The translations under genes were made by a program, and so were the position numbers. From Naegleria gruberi (Eukaryota): 64,000 bases of DNA. This document shows positions 55,201 through 64,000 of this stretch, piece after piece. The stretch lies in assembly GCA_000004985.1 (NCBI GenBank), contig GG738864.1. One strand, given 5' to 3'. Positions within the stretch are counted from its first letter, which is position 1. The number at the start of each line of letters is the position of its first letter. The notes under the pieces were generated by a model. It saw only the letters and a program-made list of their open reading frames with translations. It did no database searches and had not been told where the DNA came from.

Positions 55201-57484
55201 AACTGTCAAGAAGAGTATTAACAAGTTCACAACAAAGGCTATCAATGATTCTATTCCTATGGGTCAATACAAGGCTTTCCCATACAATATGCTTTCACTC
55301 ATGACTGAAACTGGTGCCAAGGGTTCTATGGTTAACTCTTCACAAATTGCTGTCTGTTTAGGTCTTCAAGAATTTGAAGGTAAACGTGTTAACGTTCAAG
55401 TTAAGAGTGGTAAGACCCTGCCATCATTCGATTCTTTCGATTCAAACAATATTGCTAACGGTTACGTTGCTAGTAGATTCTTGACTGGTATCAAGCCACA
55501 AGAATTCTTCTTCCATTGTATGGCTGGTAGAGATGGTCTGATTGATACTGCTGTCAAGACAGCTCGTAGTGGTTACTTGCAAAGATGTTTGATTAAGCAC
55601 TTGGAAGACCTTTCCGTTCAATATGATGGTACTGTCAGAAATGGAAACAAGACAGTCGTCCAATTCTCTTACGGTGGTGACCATATTGATCCAATCAAGA
55701 CTGGTTATATGACTCAATTCGATTTCATGAGAATGAACCAAGATTTACTTTCTCAAAGATATAATGAAGAATCAGCTATTCAATACACTAAGGATGTTAA
55801 GGAATGGCAAGAAAAGACTAAGAATGCCACATCTACTATTTATAAGAACGACTTTGTTCAAATCGAAGATCCATGGAATTATTTGGGTGGTGTTTCTGAT
55901 GCTTACGATAAGAAGCTCAAGAAGTACATTGAGGCAACTAAGACCACTACTTTGTCTGATACAAAGAAGAAATTCGACCCAGAACGTATCAAGACATTGG
56001 CTCATCTCAAATATCTCCGTAGTTTGGTTAACGCTAGTGATCCAGTTGGTATTATTGCTGGTCAATCTATTGGTGAACCTTCAACACAGATGACTTTGAA
56101 CACTTTCCACTTTGCTGGTTTGGATATGGCTCACGTTACAGTTGGTATTCCTAGATTGGTTGAATTGTTGATGAGAGGTACTACTCGTGTCCTCACAATG
56201 AATGTTCCAGTTAAGAAGGAATGCGCTCAATACCAAGTCGAAAAGATTTACCAATATGCTGATAGTATTTCAAAGTTGCCATTCTTCAGAGTTTTGACTA
56301 ACATGGACATTCAAGAACAATTCAAGTTCTCCGTTGACGTTAAGCGTAAACAAATTTCAGTTTCTCTCTTCTTTGATATGAAGGACATTACTGAATACTA
56401 CCAAATTTCTAATGATGTTTTTGACAAGAAGGTTCAAACTCTTCTCATCTTGTTAACAGCAAGAATTGTTTCTCCAAAGAAGCTCATGTACTCTAGAATG
56501 AAGGCAATGTTATCCAAACTTGCCAGTTTTGGTGGTACTGGTGCTGTTGCTGATGGAGCTGCACCAGCTGAGGCAGAACCTGAAGAAAACAAGGAAGCCA
56601 CACCAATGGATGCATTCATGGGTACTGATACAGCTGAAATGATGAAAGAGGATAGTGATGAATCCAATGTAAAGAAACCTAAGAAGAAGAAAAAGAAGAG
56701 TGATAGCGACGACGAAGATGAAGATAATGACGAAGATGAAGAAGAAAAGAGATCTAAGAGAAAGAAGAAGAGGGATGAAGAAGAAGAAACACAAATTAAT
56801 AATGATGAAGGCCTTTCTGGAGAAGACCTTTTCATTAAGACTTTCGGATCTGCTTTGGGTGAATATGATGAACATTCTATCAATGCTAAGGAAGGTGTTG
56901 TCACTTTCACATTTACTCAAAAATCAGATGCTGGTAAGGTTTACATTGCTGAAGGTATTCAAGATGTTTTGAAGAATTGCTTCTTACAAAGTGTTGACGG
57001 TATTGAAAACGTTACAGTTGTTCCAACTAATGATGGATACGATCTTTCAATTGAAGGTTTCAACTTTTATGCTTTGCACGCTCTTCCAATGTCCCATGAA
57101 TTGCTCGACCTCAATCGTTTGGTCACAAACAATGTCAACATTATGAACGACCATTATGGTATTGAATCAGGATACGGATTGATTGTTAAGGATGTTTCTT
57201 ACGTCTTTGACATGTACGGTATGGAAGTCAGTCCAGCTCACATTCAATTGATTGCTGATTACCTTACATATCGTGGTTACTATTCCTCATGTAACAGATT
57301 TACCATTAAGAACAGCCCTTCAACATTCTACCGATCTTCTTTCGAACAAGCTTGTCAAAATCTCTTGAAGGCTGCTGTCAGAAGCGAAACTGATACTATG
57401 GTTTCTCCAACTGCTCGTGTTGCCTTGGGTACACCTGTTAGTGTTGGTACTGGCAGTTTTGATTTGTTGCTTGTAAATAAGTAA
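52217..57484 (+). CDS. RPA1: DNA-directed RNA polymerase I largest subunit (A190/RPA1-like)
   Basis: Uninterrupted ORF of about 1755 aa from ATG 52217. It has the zinc-binding N-terminus CETCG...CPGHFGHI and the catalytic NADFDGDEMN motif. There is no heptad CTD. Lys-rich and Asp/Glu-rich insertions and the overall size fit Pol I rather than Pol II or III; that assignment is from memory of family features. Confidence 0.75.
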   Translation: MSTVIAKSLQFKFYSDEDIEKLSVLEVDNAITHDEFQIPVRGSLYDPKMGLRDNDGPMARCETCGLVNTFCPGHFGHISIPQPVFNVLLKTDVTQVMNLCCPFCEKLHIPKEEKTILYLVLRLLDCGLPSEAMELNDKPLMFLRKYGNEQEEEPMSEEEAEEGKKKKKKKKKKLDLETEHYRFEDDYQKLVSTTLGLIQQQILKYDVSNELELHSKFLNDEIVFDLKHQIKEKIMKTHAHPPLSKIKTTGCRNCKAVRVPFAILNKDCVALHETTVVNFEFLKALKEWHGKCIHKDYADKSLFDDVDQVDTVLKKRIEKPFCLANNFHLMTTKILKETTSLFYNYLHTDEVVDMLDRVYYNGIETALNEVLFKMDINNEEEHLFDLIAGSIQDNRIRYMDSYILHSFFDNSPALMFTKKVLVMPVRFRPISPLHIAAKEEGKTMVTYVKTDIDIHYINVLKTKKLYEDIQAKLGTSTIRSDNTAIAVLRALQCYINDMLDSTSNTSSGSNRFYSSLLKKKKTSTTTLNRGMKQLMDKKAGLVRQSMMGKRVNYSARTVILPDVAIACNEVSFPAMFAKKMTFMETVTNFNINKMRELVINGAKQYPGANQIVKSGKTQSDVSSSTAVAPYTRPPLSIQLNVVKSKKQRVAMANQLQVGDVVYRHLQDGDMLLMNRQPSLHRPSILAHRARVIANQRVMRLHYASCKSFNADFDGDEMNAHFVQNPIAQSEARQLMDAQLSFCTPTSGEPLRGLIQDHVSSAVLLTMKDNFLSREDYQEILLSANIFDVNEVIRSEIPSILKPTPLWTGKQVITSLLKHVAKKNTPAGAPVFGVNLDCKTKVKGTVWGAHNEEGMVIIRDNELLTGIFDKSQVGSSKYGILHAFDECYGNNASNMLISCLSRMLTFYLHYFAISCGIDDCLLSKSAEANRIETLKNSNEACHHATASYCGLPKKKDASQYDHDKVKEFLAKHMLNPTVSKQTGEIINEKIVRKLDSTVKKSINKFTTKAINDSIPMGQYKAFPYNMLSLMTETGAKGSMVNSSQIAVCLGLQEFEGKRVNVQVKSGKTLPSFDSFDSNNIANGYVASRFLTGIKPQEFFFHCMAGRDGLIDTAVKTARSGYLQRCLIKHLEDLSVQYDGTVRNGNKTVVQFSYGGDHIDPIKTGYMTQFDFMRMNQDLLSQRYNEESAIQYTKDVKEWQEKTKNATSTIYKNDFVQIEDPWNYLGGVSDAYDKKLKKYIEATKTTTLSDTKKKFDPERIKTLAHLKYLRSLVNASDPVGIIAGQSIGEPSTQMTLNTFHFAGLDMAHVTVGIPRLVELLMRGTTRVLTMNVPVKKECAQYQVEKIYQYADSISKLPFFRVLTNMDIQEQFKFSVDVKRKQISVSLFFDMKDITEYYQISNDVFDKKVQTLLILLTARIVSPKKLMYSRMKAMLSKLASFGGTGAVADGAAPAEAEPEENKEATPMDAFMGTDTAEMMKEDSDESNVKKPKKKKKKSDSDDEDEDNDEDEEEKRSKRKKKRDEEEETQINNDEGLSGEDLFIKTFGSALGEYDEHSINAKEGVVTFTFTQKSDAGKVYIAEGIQDVLKNCFLQSVDGIENVTVVPTNDGYDLSIEGFNFYALHALPMSHELLDLNRLVTNNVNIMNDHYGIESGYGLIVKDVSYVFDMYGMEVSPAHIQLIADYLTYRGYYSSCNRFTIKNSPSTFYRSSFEQACQNLLKAAVRSETDTMVSPTARVALGTPVSVGTGSFDLLLVNK

Positions 57485-57589
57485 ATAAAACATTAAATCT
57501 TTAAAAATTATTTATCCTGTTCCAAATTTTAGGTTCCTAAATCCTTATGAAATAGCGAAAACTTTAATGCTACATTTATTAAGATTTAT

Positions 57590-59794
57590 TTATCTTCTTT
57601 TATAGTAACTGTTATTATTGCCACCACCATAGCTTGAGTGATAACCTCTTCTTGCACTGGTATTCACACAATCTCTCAAATACTTTGCAATAGATGAATT
57701 ATCATATAATGTACCTATTCCGACATAGTCAAAGTATTGTTTGAAAGATGAAACATTTTGAATCTTGAAAACTTCACGTTGTAACACATCTTCCAACAAT
57801 TCACCACTCTTTGTCTTTGGAGGACAGCCAAAGTTTGTATCGTACAATCTTCCAAATTCTTCCAAGGAGAGATCACTATATTCTTCAACAATGTTTCTCA
57901 AAAAGAAGACGTGGAACATGATCAATTTGCAGGAAACTTGGTTTGCTTCCCATGATTTGATACATCTTTCAGAGTCCATTTCGTTGAATCTAGCCAATCC
58001 AGGATGCATCTTGATAACCCACAATGCATTTCTAATTGAGGTTTCTTCAACAACAGAGGTCTTAATTGAGTTCCATGTTAATTTACTTGGACCCAGAACT
58101 GAAAGCTTTGGAAGGAATTCTCCAAGATTTGGACAGGAGCTCTTTAATCTAGCGCTTTCAGAGTTCTTGAATTGATTGACTTGATACTTTAAACGATCCA
58201 AAGCTTGTGGGAATTTTTCAATCAAGTAAATTAACCAACGATGGAAGTACATGTAACCGTAGAGAGCTTTGATTGAGGCATGAGTATTACCTTTCATAAT
58301 TTCAACAACCATAGTATTCATCAACTTGCACATCAATTCAATATAAATTGTTGCATTATCTAAGGATTCAGAGCTTGAAATTGAAGGATAAGCAATTTGA
58401 ATTTTCATCACTGACTGTTTCAAAATCTCAAAGTTACCATGCTTTCTGTTGATAAATACTGGGATCCAGTGAGAGAAACATCTTCCCCAGACACTCTTTC
58501 TGACATTCTCCTTATAGAAGGAAGTGTGAGAGAGAAGATCCAGAGGAGTTGAAATTGAGGCAATTGTGCCATCTTTCTTAGTTTCGAAAGATAGACCAAC
58601 ACCAAGTGTATCCTCATTAAATGTTTCCTTAGAGTGGAAACACACTAATTCTCTGGCTGTAGACAAGAATTTGTGTTCACACAAATCATAGAGATATTTG
58701 CTAGACTGTTCAACTCTCTTCAATTCAATAATATTAAGATAGCTGAGAGTGTGTAAAATCAATTCGTTAGGTAAGTCTTTGAGATGCTTCTTTGGTTCAG
58801 GAGTTTTCTTCAACATGCTTACAGCAATTAGGTTTTTGGAAGGTTGCGCAGGAGAAGCTGTTTCAATAATGGTTGATGATTCAACTGCAGACTTTTTCTT
58901 TTCCATCTTTTCTTGAACTTTCTTCAATCTGTTCAGTTTCTTTTTCTTGTTCTTTCCAATGTAGTTTGGATCCTTGGCTTCATCTTGAGATGGTTTTGGT
59001 TGTTCTTCCTTCTTGGCAACAACCTTAGTTGGATCAACATATTGAAAAGGAATATCCCAGGCATTTGTGTTGACTGGAACTGCTTTAGGTTCTGGTTTGG
59101 TTTCTACTGGTTTAGTTTCAGCTATTGTTTTAGGTTCTACAGGTTTAGTTTCAACTTTTGGTTCAACCGTCTTTGGAGTTTCTTTCTTTGGAACTGGCTT
59201 GACCACAGGTTTGTCTTTCTTTAGAACGACAGCTTTAACAGGTTGTGGAACATACTTTGAAGCAAGAATTTCTGAAACATTCCAATAAGGAGCACATGGA
59301 TATATGGTTCCCTTTGTTGGATTGTGTCCAGTTGTGGAATTAACATATTTCCTGGAAGCGTCAATATCACTCTGTATATATCTTTCCTGTCTATCCTCTT
59401 CTTCCAATAAGAATGATTGTAATTGCAACAAGATTGACAAACAAGAGTAACTTGTACTCCAACCCATGTATGGAATATCGTCAAAATAGTGAGCTTTCAA
59501 CATGTCCAAGCAGATCCACCCACCAAAAACGTGAGAGTGATGCAATTGAGTAAGGCAAGCAATTTGTGGAGGTTCATTAGGATAATCCTTTGGAAACTTG
59601 ATATCCAATACAACAATAATTCCATGATACTTGGATGTCTTTGGAGCTAACACAGTTGCATACCAATGAAACATGTCTCCTTGAAATGGCTCAGCATAGA
59701 CAGTTTCTAATGGATTCGATTGAATTTCCTTCAAGTCTCTCGTTATTCTTTTGAGAGCAGAAGAAGGGAGAGCCTTCGAGCTGCTGCTATTCAT
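57590..59794 (-). CDS. Ubiquitin-conjugating (UBC/E2) domain protein fused to an F-box-like motif and a large C-terminal region
   Basis: 734-aa ORF. The N-terminal UBC fold is LKRITRDLKEIQSNPL...FPKDYPNEPPQI...HHSHVFGGWICLDML, with the active-site Cys context retained and HPN replaced by HSH. A P/K/E/V-rich linker follows, then LPNELILHTLSYLNIIELKRVEQSSKYLYDL (F-box-like). Confidence 0.65.
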   Translation of the reverse strand: MNSSSSKALPSSALKRITRDLKEIQSNPLETVYAEPFQGDMFHWYATVLAPKTSKYHGIIVVLDIKFPKDYPNEPPQIACLTQLHHSHVFGGWICLDMLKAHYFDDIPYMGWSTSYSCLSILLQLQSFLLEEEDRQERYIQSDIDASRKYVNSTTGHNPTKGTIYPCAPYWNVSEILASKYVPQPVKAVVLKKDKPVVKPVPKKETPKTVEPKVETKPVEPKTIAETKPVETKPEPKAVPVNTNAWDIPFQYVDPTKVVAKKEEQPKPSQDEAKDPNYIGKNKKKKLNRLKKVQEKMEKKKSAVESSTIIETASPAQPSKNLIAVSMLKKTPEPKKHLKDLPNELILHTLSYLNIIELKRVEQSSKYLYDLCEHKFLSTARELVCFHSKETFNEDTLGVGLSFETKKDGTIASISTPLDLLSHTSFYKENVRKSVWGRCFSHWIPVFINRKHGNFEILKQSVMKIQIAYPSISSSESLDNATIYIELMCKLMNTMVVEIMKGNTHASIKALYGYMYFHRWLIYLIEKFPQALDRLKYQVNQFKNSESARLKSSCPNLGEFLPKLSVLGPSKLTWNSIKTSVVEETSIRNALWVIKMHPGLARFNEMDSERCIKSWEANQVSCKLIMFHVFFLRNIVEEYSDLSLEEFGRLYDTNFGCPPKTKSGELLEDVLQREVFKIQNVSSFKQYFDYVGIGTLYDNSSIAKYLRDCVNTSARRGYHSSYGGGNNNSYYKRR

Positions 59795-60501
59795 TTGTAT
59801 TTGTTTTTTCTTTGTTGATATTGTTAAAGCATGGAACAGCCTTCCGAGCTATTTAAATAGTTTCAAAATTTGATGAACAGAGTAGAGCTGAAGTTGAATT
59901 TTCAAAGTAAATCCGGATCGATTTGATGAGATGTTATCAAGTAAATTGAATTTTCATCATTTTTTTAAGCGCCAAAAATAGCTTGAAAAGGTATTTGAAA
60001 CAAAAAGAAAGAGCTGTGATTACTTCTGGTTTACGGTCTGGAAAATTTTGCAAGTAATAACCTTAATCTTAAATAACTTCCCATGCATGATTAATCAATG
60101 TGATAATAAATATTTACCAAGAGAAGGTGATTAAAAAATGATTACCACAATCAACCTCATTTTTTCGTCAATAAAAAATTGTGAAGCATCTTTGCATCCT
60201 TTTAGAGCCTAATGATGATCACTAAATCATGACTAGAGTCTCCGAATCCCTGTGAGCGATAACCCAACAAACTCAACTCAACAACTCTGACAAGCTTATT
60301 ATCTTTACATTAATTTAATTGCTAAATATTAAATACACATTAATTTTTTAATTTTGAATCAATTTTCAAAATTGGAAAATCTAAGGAGATGACATACTCC
60401 TTCAAAACTCCTTGGAGATGGGAGTGAGTATCAAGAAGAAAACCTGGCGTGAAATTTAATGATCCTCTCGCTTGTCAATAGTTTTCATATCATAAAAAAA
60501 T

Positions 60502-62417
60502 ATGAAACAATCACTCTTGCTAGTTGTTGCTGTTTGTTCCGTGATGGCAATGTTATTGTCATCATTGGCCGTGGCACAAACTGAAAAGGATCATCTCGTT
60601 ACAACTCTCCCTGGTTATAAGGTATGTTTGTTTTATTGCATGGATGCTGATATGCTGAACCATTGACAATAATGCACGGGCAAATTATTCACAAATATTC
60701 ACTCTTGTATGAATTTTAATAATAATTAATAATATAGGATGGTAGAACACCACTTCCATTCAAATCATATACTGGTTATTTATTGGCAAATCAAACTAGA
60801 GGCCATTACTTGTTTTATTGGTTTTTTGAAGCTCAAACAAATAGTGACACAGCTCCTCTTGTTTTCTGGACAAATGGTGGACCAGGTTAGTAGTATAATC
60901 TGTTGTGGCATTCAATATTTTCTATGAAAATCATGCAATTTTTTTATGATATGGAACTATACAGGCTGTTCAAGTCTTGGAGGAGAAGCCAGTGAACGTA
61001 TGTATTTAAAAGTTATTATCAATTGAGGATCATTTAATATTATATAGATGGATTTTTACTTGTCAATGCTGATGGTGCTACTTTGAGAGAAAATCCATAC
61101 AGTTGGAATAGAAAGGCCAATATGTTGTACATTGAACAACCTATTGGTGTTGGTTTCAGTTATTCAAATCATACTTCTGATTATGGAGTTGTCAATGATG
61201 TGATGGCTGCTTCTGATATGGCTAATGCTTACAGAGATTTCATTAAGAGATTCCCAAAGTTTTTGAATAGAGATGTTTATTTGTCAGGTGAAGTAAGTAT
61301 ATTCACACATTGAATGAGATTGAATTTCTTACCAAATAATAGTCTTATGGAGGAGTTTATGTTCCAACTACTGCAGCTGAAATTATTCAAGGAAACCAAA
61401 ATGGACAAGTCCCATACATTAATTTGAAGGGTATTTTAGTCGGAAATGGTGTTACAGGTATGTTTACTGAAATGTTAAATTCCATAACAATTATTTCTAG
61501 ATGCTGAGGCTGACGCAAATAGCATTCCACCAATGATGAAATATCACAGTTTGATCTCTATCAAGTATTACGAGCAAGGTTTTGCTGCATGCAAGGGTGA
61601 TTTCTTTAACAATCAAAATGTTCCAGCTTGTGCTCAATTTTTGGACCAAAGTAACAATGTCATGGGTAATATTAACCCATACTACATTTATGACAGCTGT
61701 CCATGGTTGGGTATTACTTCTCAAAAAGCCAAGATTTCATTCCAAGAAAAGAAATTCAATGTTTTGAATGAACAAGGAAAGAAAGTCGATGTTCATCCAC
61801 TTTTCCAAATGTACAAACATGGTGGTTGGTCAAAGAGAGTTGCATTGCAATCAAATTCTAAGGTTAGAATGGAGTCTGACAGTCCATGTGTTCCAAATCA
61901 ATCCATTGCTAAATATTTCAAGAGATTGGATGTCCAAAAAGCCCTTGGTATTCAACACGGAACTGTTGATCCAAATGGTTGGGATATCTGTACCAATGCC
62001 ATTAATTATACTCAAGTTTATCCAAGTATTCTTCCATTCTATACAAAGTTGTTGCAACACATTAGAATTCTTGTTTTCTCTGGTGATGTAGACATGGTAA
62101 GTTCTCCATATTTCTAATTGTTTTTAATAATTACTAATTTTAATATTTTAATTCCATAGGTTGTTAACTCTTACGGAACTCAAGCTGCTATTGATAAATT
62201 GCAATTGCAAGAAACTTCATCTTGGAGAACTTGGGAACATGAAACAGTTACTGGAACAGTTGTTGGAGGATATATCAGAAAGTTTGGACCAGGCGGAAAG
62301 AATGGACAAGGATTGACCTTTATTACCATTAGAGGCGGTTCTCACATGGTTCCTATGGTGAAACCAGAAGCTGCTCTCACCTACTTTACTAAATTCTTGG
62401 ATGGTGATTGTTGTTAA
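60502..62417 (+). CDS. Serine carboxypeptidase (S10 family), 7 exons; one extra base in exon 2
   Basis: Exons are 60502-60621, 60737-60885, 60965-60997, 61048-61292, 61343-61457, 61501-62096 and 62160-62417, all GT-AG. A signal peptide is present. Family motifs are WTNGGPGCSS, G-E|S-Y-G-G (split by an intron), FSGDVDM and GGSHMVP. The frame breaks at the TTTT run at 60778-60781. Confidence 0.8.
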
Positions 62418-62432
62418 ATAAAGTTAAACATT

Positions 62433-63008
62433 TTATTGAGATGATTCATTTGGATTCTTTAAATATTTAATAACCTTACAAGGATTTCCAGCAGCAACAA
62501 CATATGGAGGAATATCCTTAGTGACAACAGAACCAGCTCCAATAGTTGTTCCCTTTCCAATCTTAACTCCTGGAAGAATAATTGCAGCTCCACCAATCCA
62601 AACATCATCTCCAATCTCAATTGGTTTTGCATATTCCAATCCAGATTTTCTCTCCTCTGGATCCACTGGATGAGTTGCAGTATATACATTTACATTAGGT
62701 CCAAATAAAACATTATTTCCAATTCTAATTTCACACACATCCAACATGACACATCCAAAATTAGCAAAAAATGATTTTCCATAATGAATATTATATCCAT
62801 AATCACATCTAAATGTTGGTTCTAGAAAACTTCCCTCACCATGAGTTCCCATCAATTCTTTCAAAATTCCATCCATTACCTTCTTATCTTGTTCATTATT
62901 ATAGAGATGAACGAGTTGACGAGCTTTGGCTCTCTCTTGAACTAGCTGTTCATCCATGGCATTGTAGAGCTCTCCAGCGAGCATTTTCTCCTTTTCACTT
63001 CTTTGCAT
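62433..63008 (-). CDS. Maltose/galactoside O-acetyltransferase-like (left-handed beta-helix hexapeptide transferase)
   Basis: Intronless 191-aa ORF. The Maa/LacA-type N-terminus is MLAGELYNAMDEQLVQERAKARQL, and hexapeptide repeats follow (IGNNVLFGPNVNVY...IGDDVWIGGAAIILPGVKIGKGTTIGAGSVV). Confidence 0.8.
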   Translation of the reverse strand: MQRSEKEKMLAGELYNAMDEQLVQERAKARQLVHLYNNEQDKKVMDGILKELMGTHGEGSFLEPTFRCDYGYNIHYGKSFFANFGCVMLDVCEIRIGNNVLFGPNVNVYTATHPVDPEERKSGLEYAKPIEIGDDVWIGGAAIILPGVKIGKGTTIGAGSVVTKDIPPYVVAAGNPCKVIKYLKNPNESSQ

Positions 63009-63267
63009 TTTTTTTTGATTGTTTTTTGTAATAATTTAACTTGGATATTAATATTGGACGAATCTTATTTGGAAAGACACGTGTTTTTTCATTCTTTTCA
63101 GCTGAATTGAAAAAGAAATATCTTTTCAATAAATGTTTAAAGTTTAAAACAACTTACAAAATCCGCCAAATCAAGTTCTTTAAGTTTTGTAACACAATAT
63201 GGAGTTTACTTTAGTTATGTAACATGATATGGAGTTTACAATATTATAACACATCCCAACAAAAAAA

Positions 63268-64000
63268 ATGTCAATATTTTCACCACAAAACGATAATGAT
63301 GAAGAATTTCTCATTCAAGATTTGATCAAGGCACATTTAGAAGGAAAATCATCACAAAAAACACTTGAAAAATTCCTAAATGATCCCTTCTATGGGATGT
63401 GTGATCGGATCAGAAGGTGGATTAAACAAGATGAATCGAGAGGATGTTCTGTTGCTTCGGAAGAAGTGATCAATGTGGATTTACTTAGAAAATTGGATGA
63501 TAATATCAAGTATGATATTATGGAATTTATTCCAACCTTTTCGAAATGGAAACAATTCAATCTGGAAAGGGAATATTTGAAAAGGATTAATTTTCCAAAA
63601 GAAATAATTCATTCCAATGAATATTATCTGGATAGCAACTTGGTAACCTTTCACAAAATGAGATTAATTTCCAAATCTTTCAATAGACGAATGATGATTA
63701 AAATATTGAATATTGAAGAAGTTTTCATTGATATGGAATTACCTAATGCAAGAGAACTAATCGAAGGTTTCAATATATTATTCGCTAAACAGACTAAATA
63801 TGTTAAGGAAAATAGAATATTACCAGATTCAACTTTGTATCTGTATTCAGATAAGACAGTTCCTGATCCTTTAGAAGCTTTGAAAAAGAGTGTTAAGAAG
63901 GTTAAGAAGAAAGCATCCTTGTTCGATGATGAGGATGAGGATGAGATGTTTCCTGTTGGAACGAGTAGCTCAATATTTGATGATTCATCTGAGGATGATT
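63268..64000 (+). CDS. Hypothetical protein, 5' part only (runs off window end)
   Basis: The frame is open from ATG 63268 to the window edge (at least 244 codons by manual translation; it is absent from the ORF track because no stop is reached). The tail is acidic (DDEDEDE...DDSSEDD). No domain recognised. Confidence 0.45.
   Translation, partial: MSIFSPQNDNDEEFLIQDLIKAHLEGKSSQKTLEKFLNDPFYGMCDRIRRWIKQDESRGCSVASEEVINVDLLRKLDDNIKYDIMEFIPTFSKWKQFNLEREYLKRINFPKEIIHSNEYYLDSNLVTFHKMRLISKSFNRRMMIKILNIEEVFIDMELPNARELIEGFNILFAKQTKYVKENRILPDSTLYLYSDKTVPDPLEALKKSVKKVKKKASLFDDEDEDEMFPVGTSSSIFDDSSEDD

Noticed and set aside
60205-60297. Candidate C/D box snoRNA (TGATGA at 60213-60218, CTGA at 60287-60290, about 78 nt apart).
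   Set aside because: There is no convincing terminal stem, and I cannot test rRNA complementarity. TGATGA and CTGA occur often by chance in AT-rich DNA.
1-64000. Prokaryotic-style operons, defence islands or mobile elements with transposase or integrase genes.
   Set aside because: Gene structures require spliceosomal introns, gene content is eukaryotic housekeeping, and no transposase-, integrase- or reverse-transcriptase-like ORF was seen in any frame of the supplied track.

Overview
The window is AT-rich, gene-dense eukaryotic nuclear DNA, not prokaryotic. Genes lie on both strands with intergenic gaps of roughly 15 to 700 bp. Many genes carry short GT-AG spliceosomal introns, 41 to 221 nt in the cases I could resolve by hand. 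I support about 38 protein-coding genes, one 5S rRNA gene, one tRNA-Phe(GAA), one decayed ARF/ARL GTPase pseudogene and a truncated 5S copy. The F-box/LRR protein built from ISEMKQLTSL-type 24-residue repeats resembles, from memory, the expanded LRR family of Naegleria, so a heterolobosean amoeboflagellate is my tentative source; this is inference and was not searched. Recognisable products include the RNA polymerase I largest subunit, ribosomal proteins eL8 and eS21, an NDUFA8-like complex I subunit and ACBP. Also present are a CDK, a short oxysterol-binding protein, an INTS6-like protein, a UBX/UAS protein, a DnaJ protein and an S10 serine carboxypeptidase. Further calls are an SLC35E3-like transporter, a crotonase, a dCTP-deaminase-like enzyme, a Maa-type acetyltransferase and a Mut7-C nuclease-domain protein. 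I found no CRISPR array, operon or coding-competent mobile element. The observations I rank highest are: (1) unusual domain fusions, namely UBC-E2 plus F-box, F-box plus Ras-like GTPase, 7TM plus RGS, and SAC phosphatase plus DEP plus DUF547-like; (2) an ionotropic glutamate receptor homologue with no amino-terminal domain; (3) a signal-peptide-bearing, extremely polybasic repeat protein with Tyr-Gly-dibasic units; (4) a 5S rRNA gene whose 3' half and downstream flank recur inverted 1.2 kb away, bracketing the Ras-like gene and tRNA-Phe; and (5) single-base frame breaks at four mapped sites, three of them in A/T runs of two to four bases, plus three in-frame stops inside otherwise well-conserved genes. 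The frame breaks look more like assembly indel errors than biology and need read-level checking. All coordinates and exon models come from manual translation and should be treated as approximate where noted.
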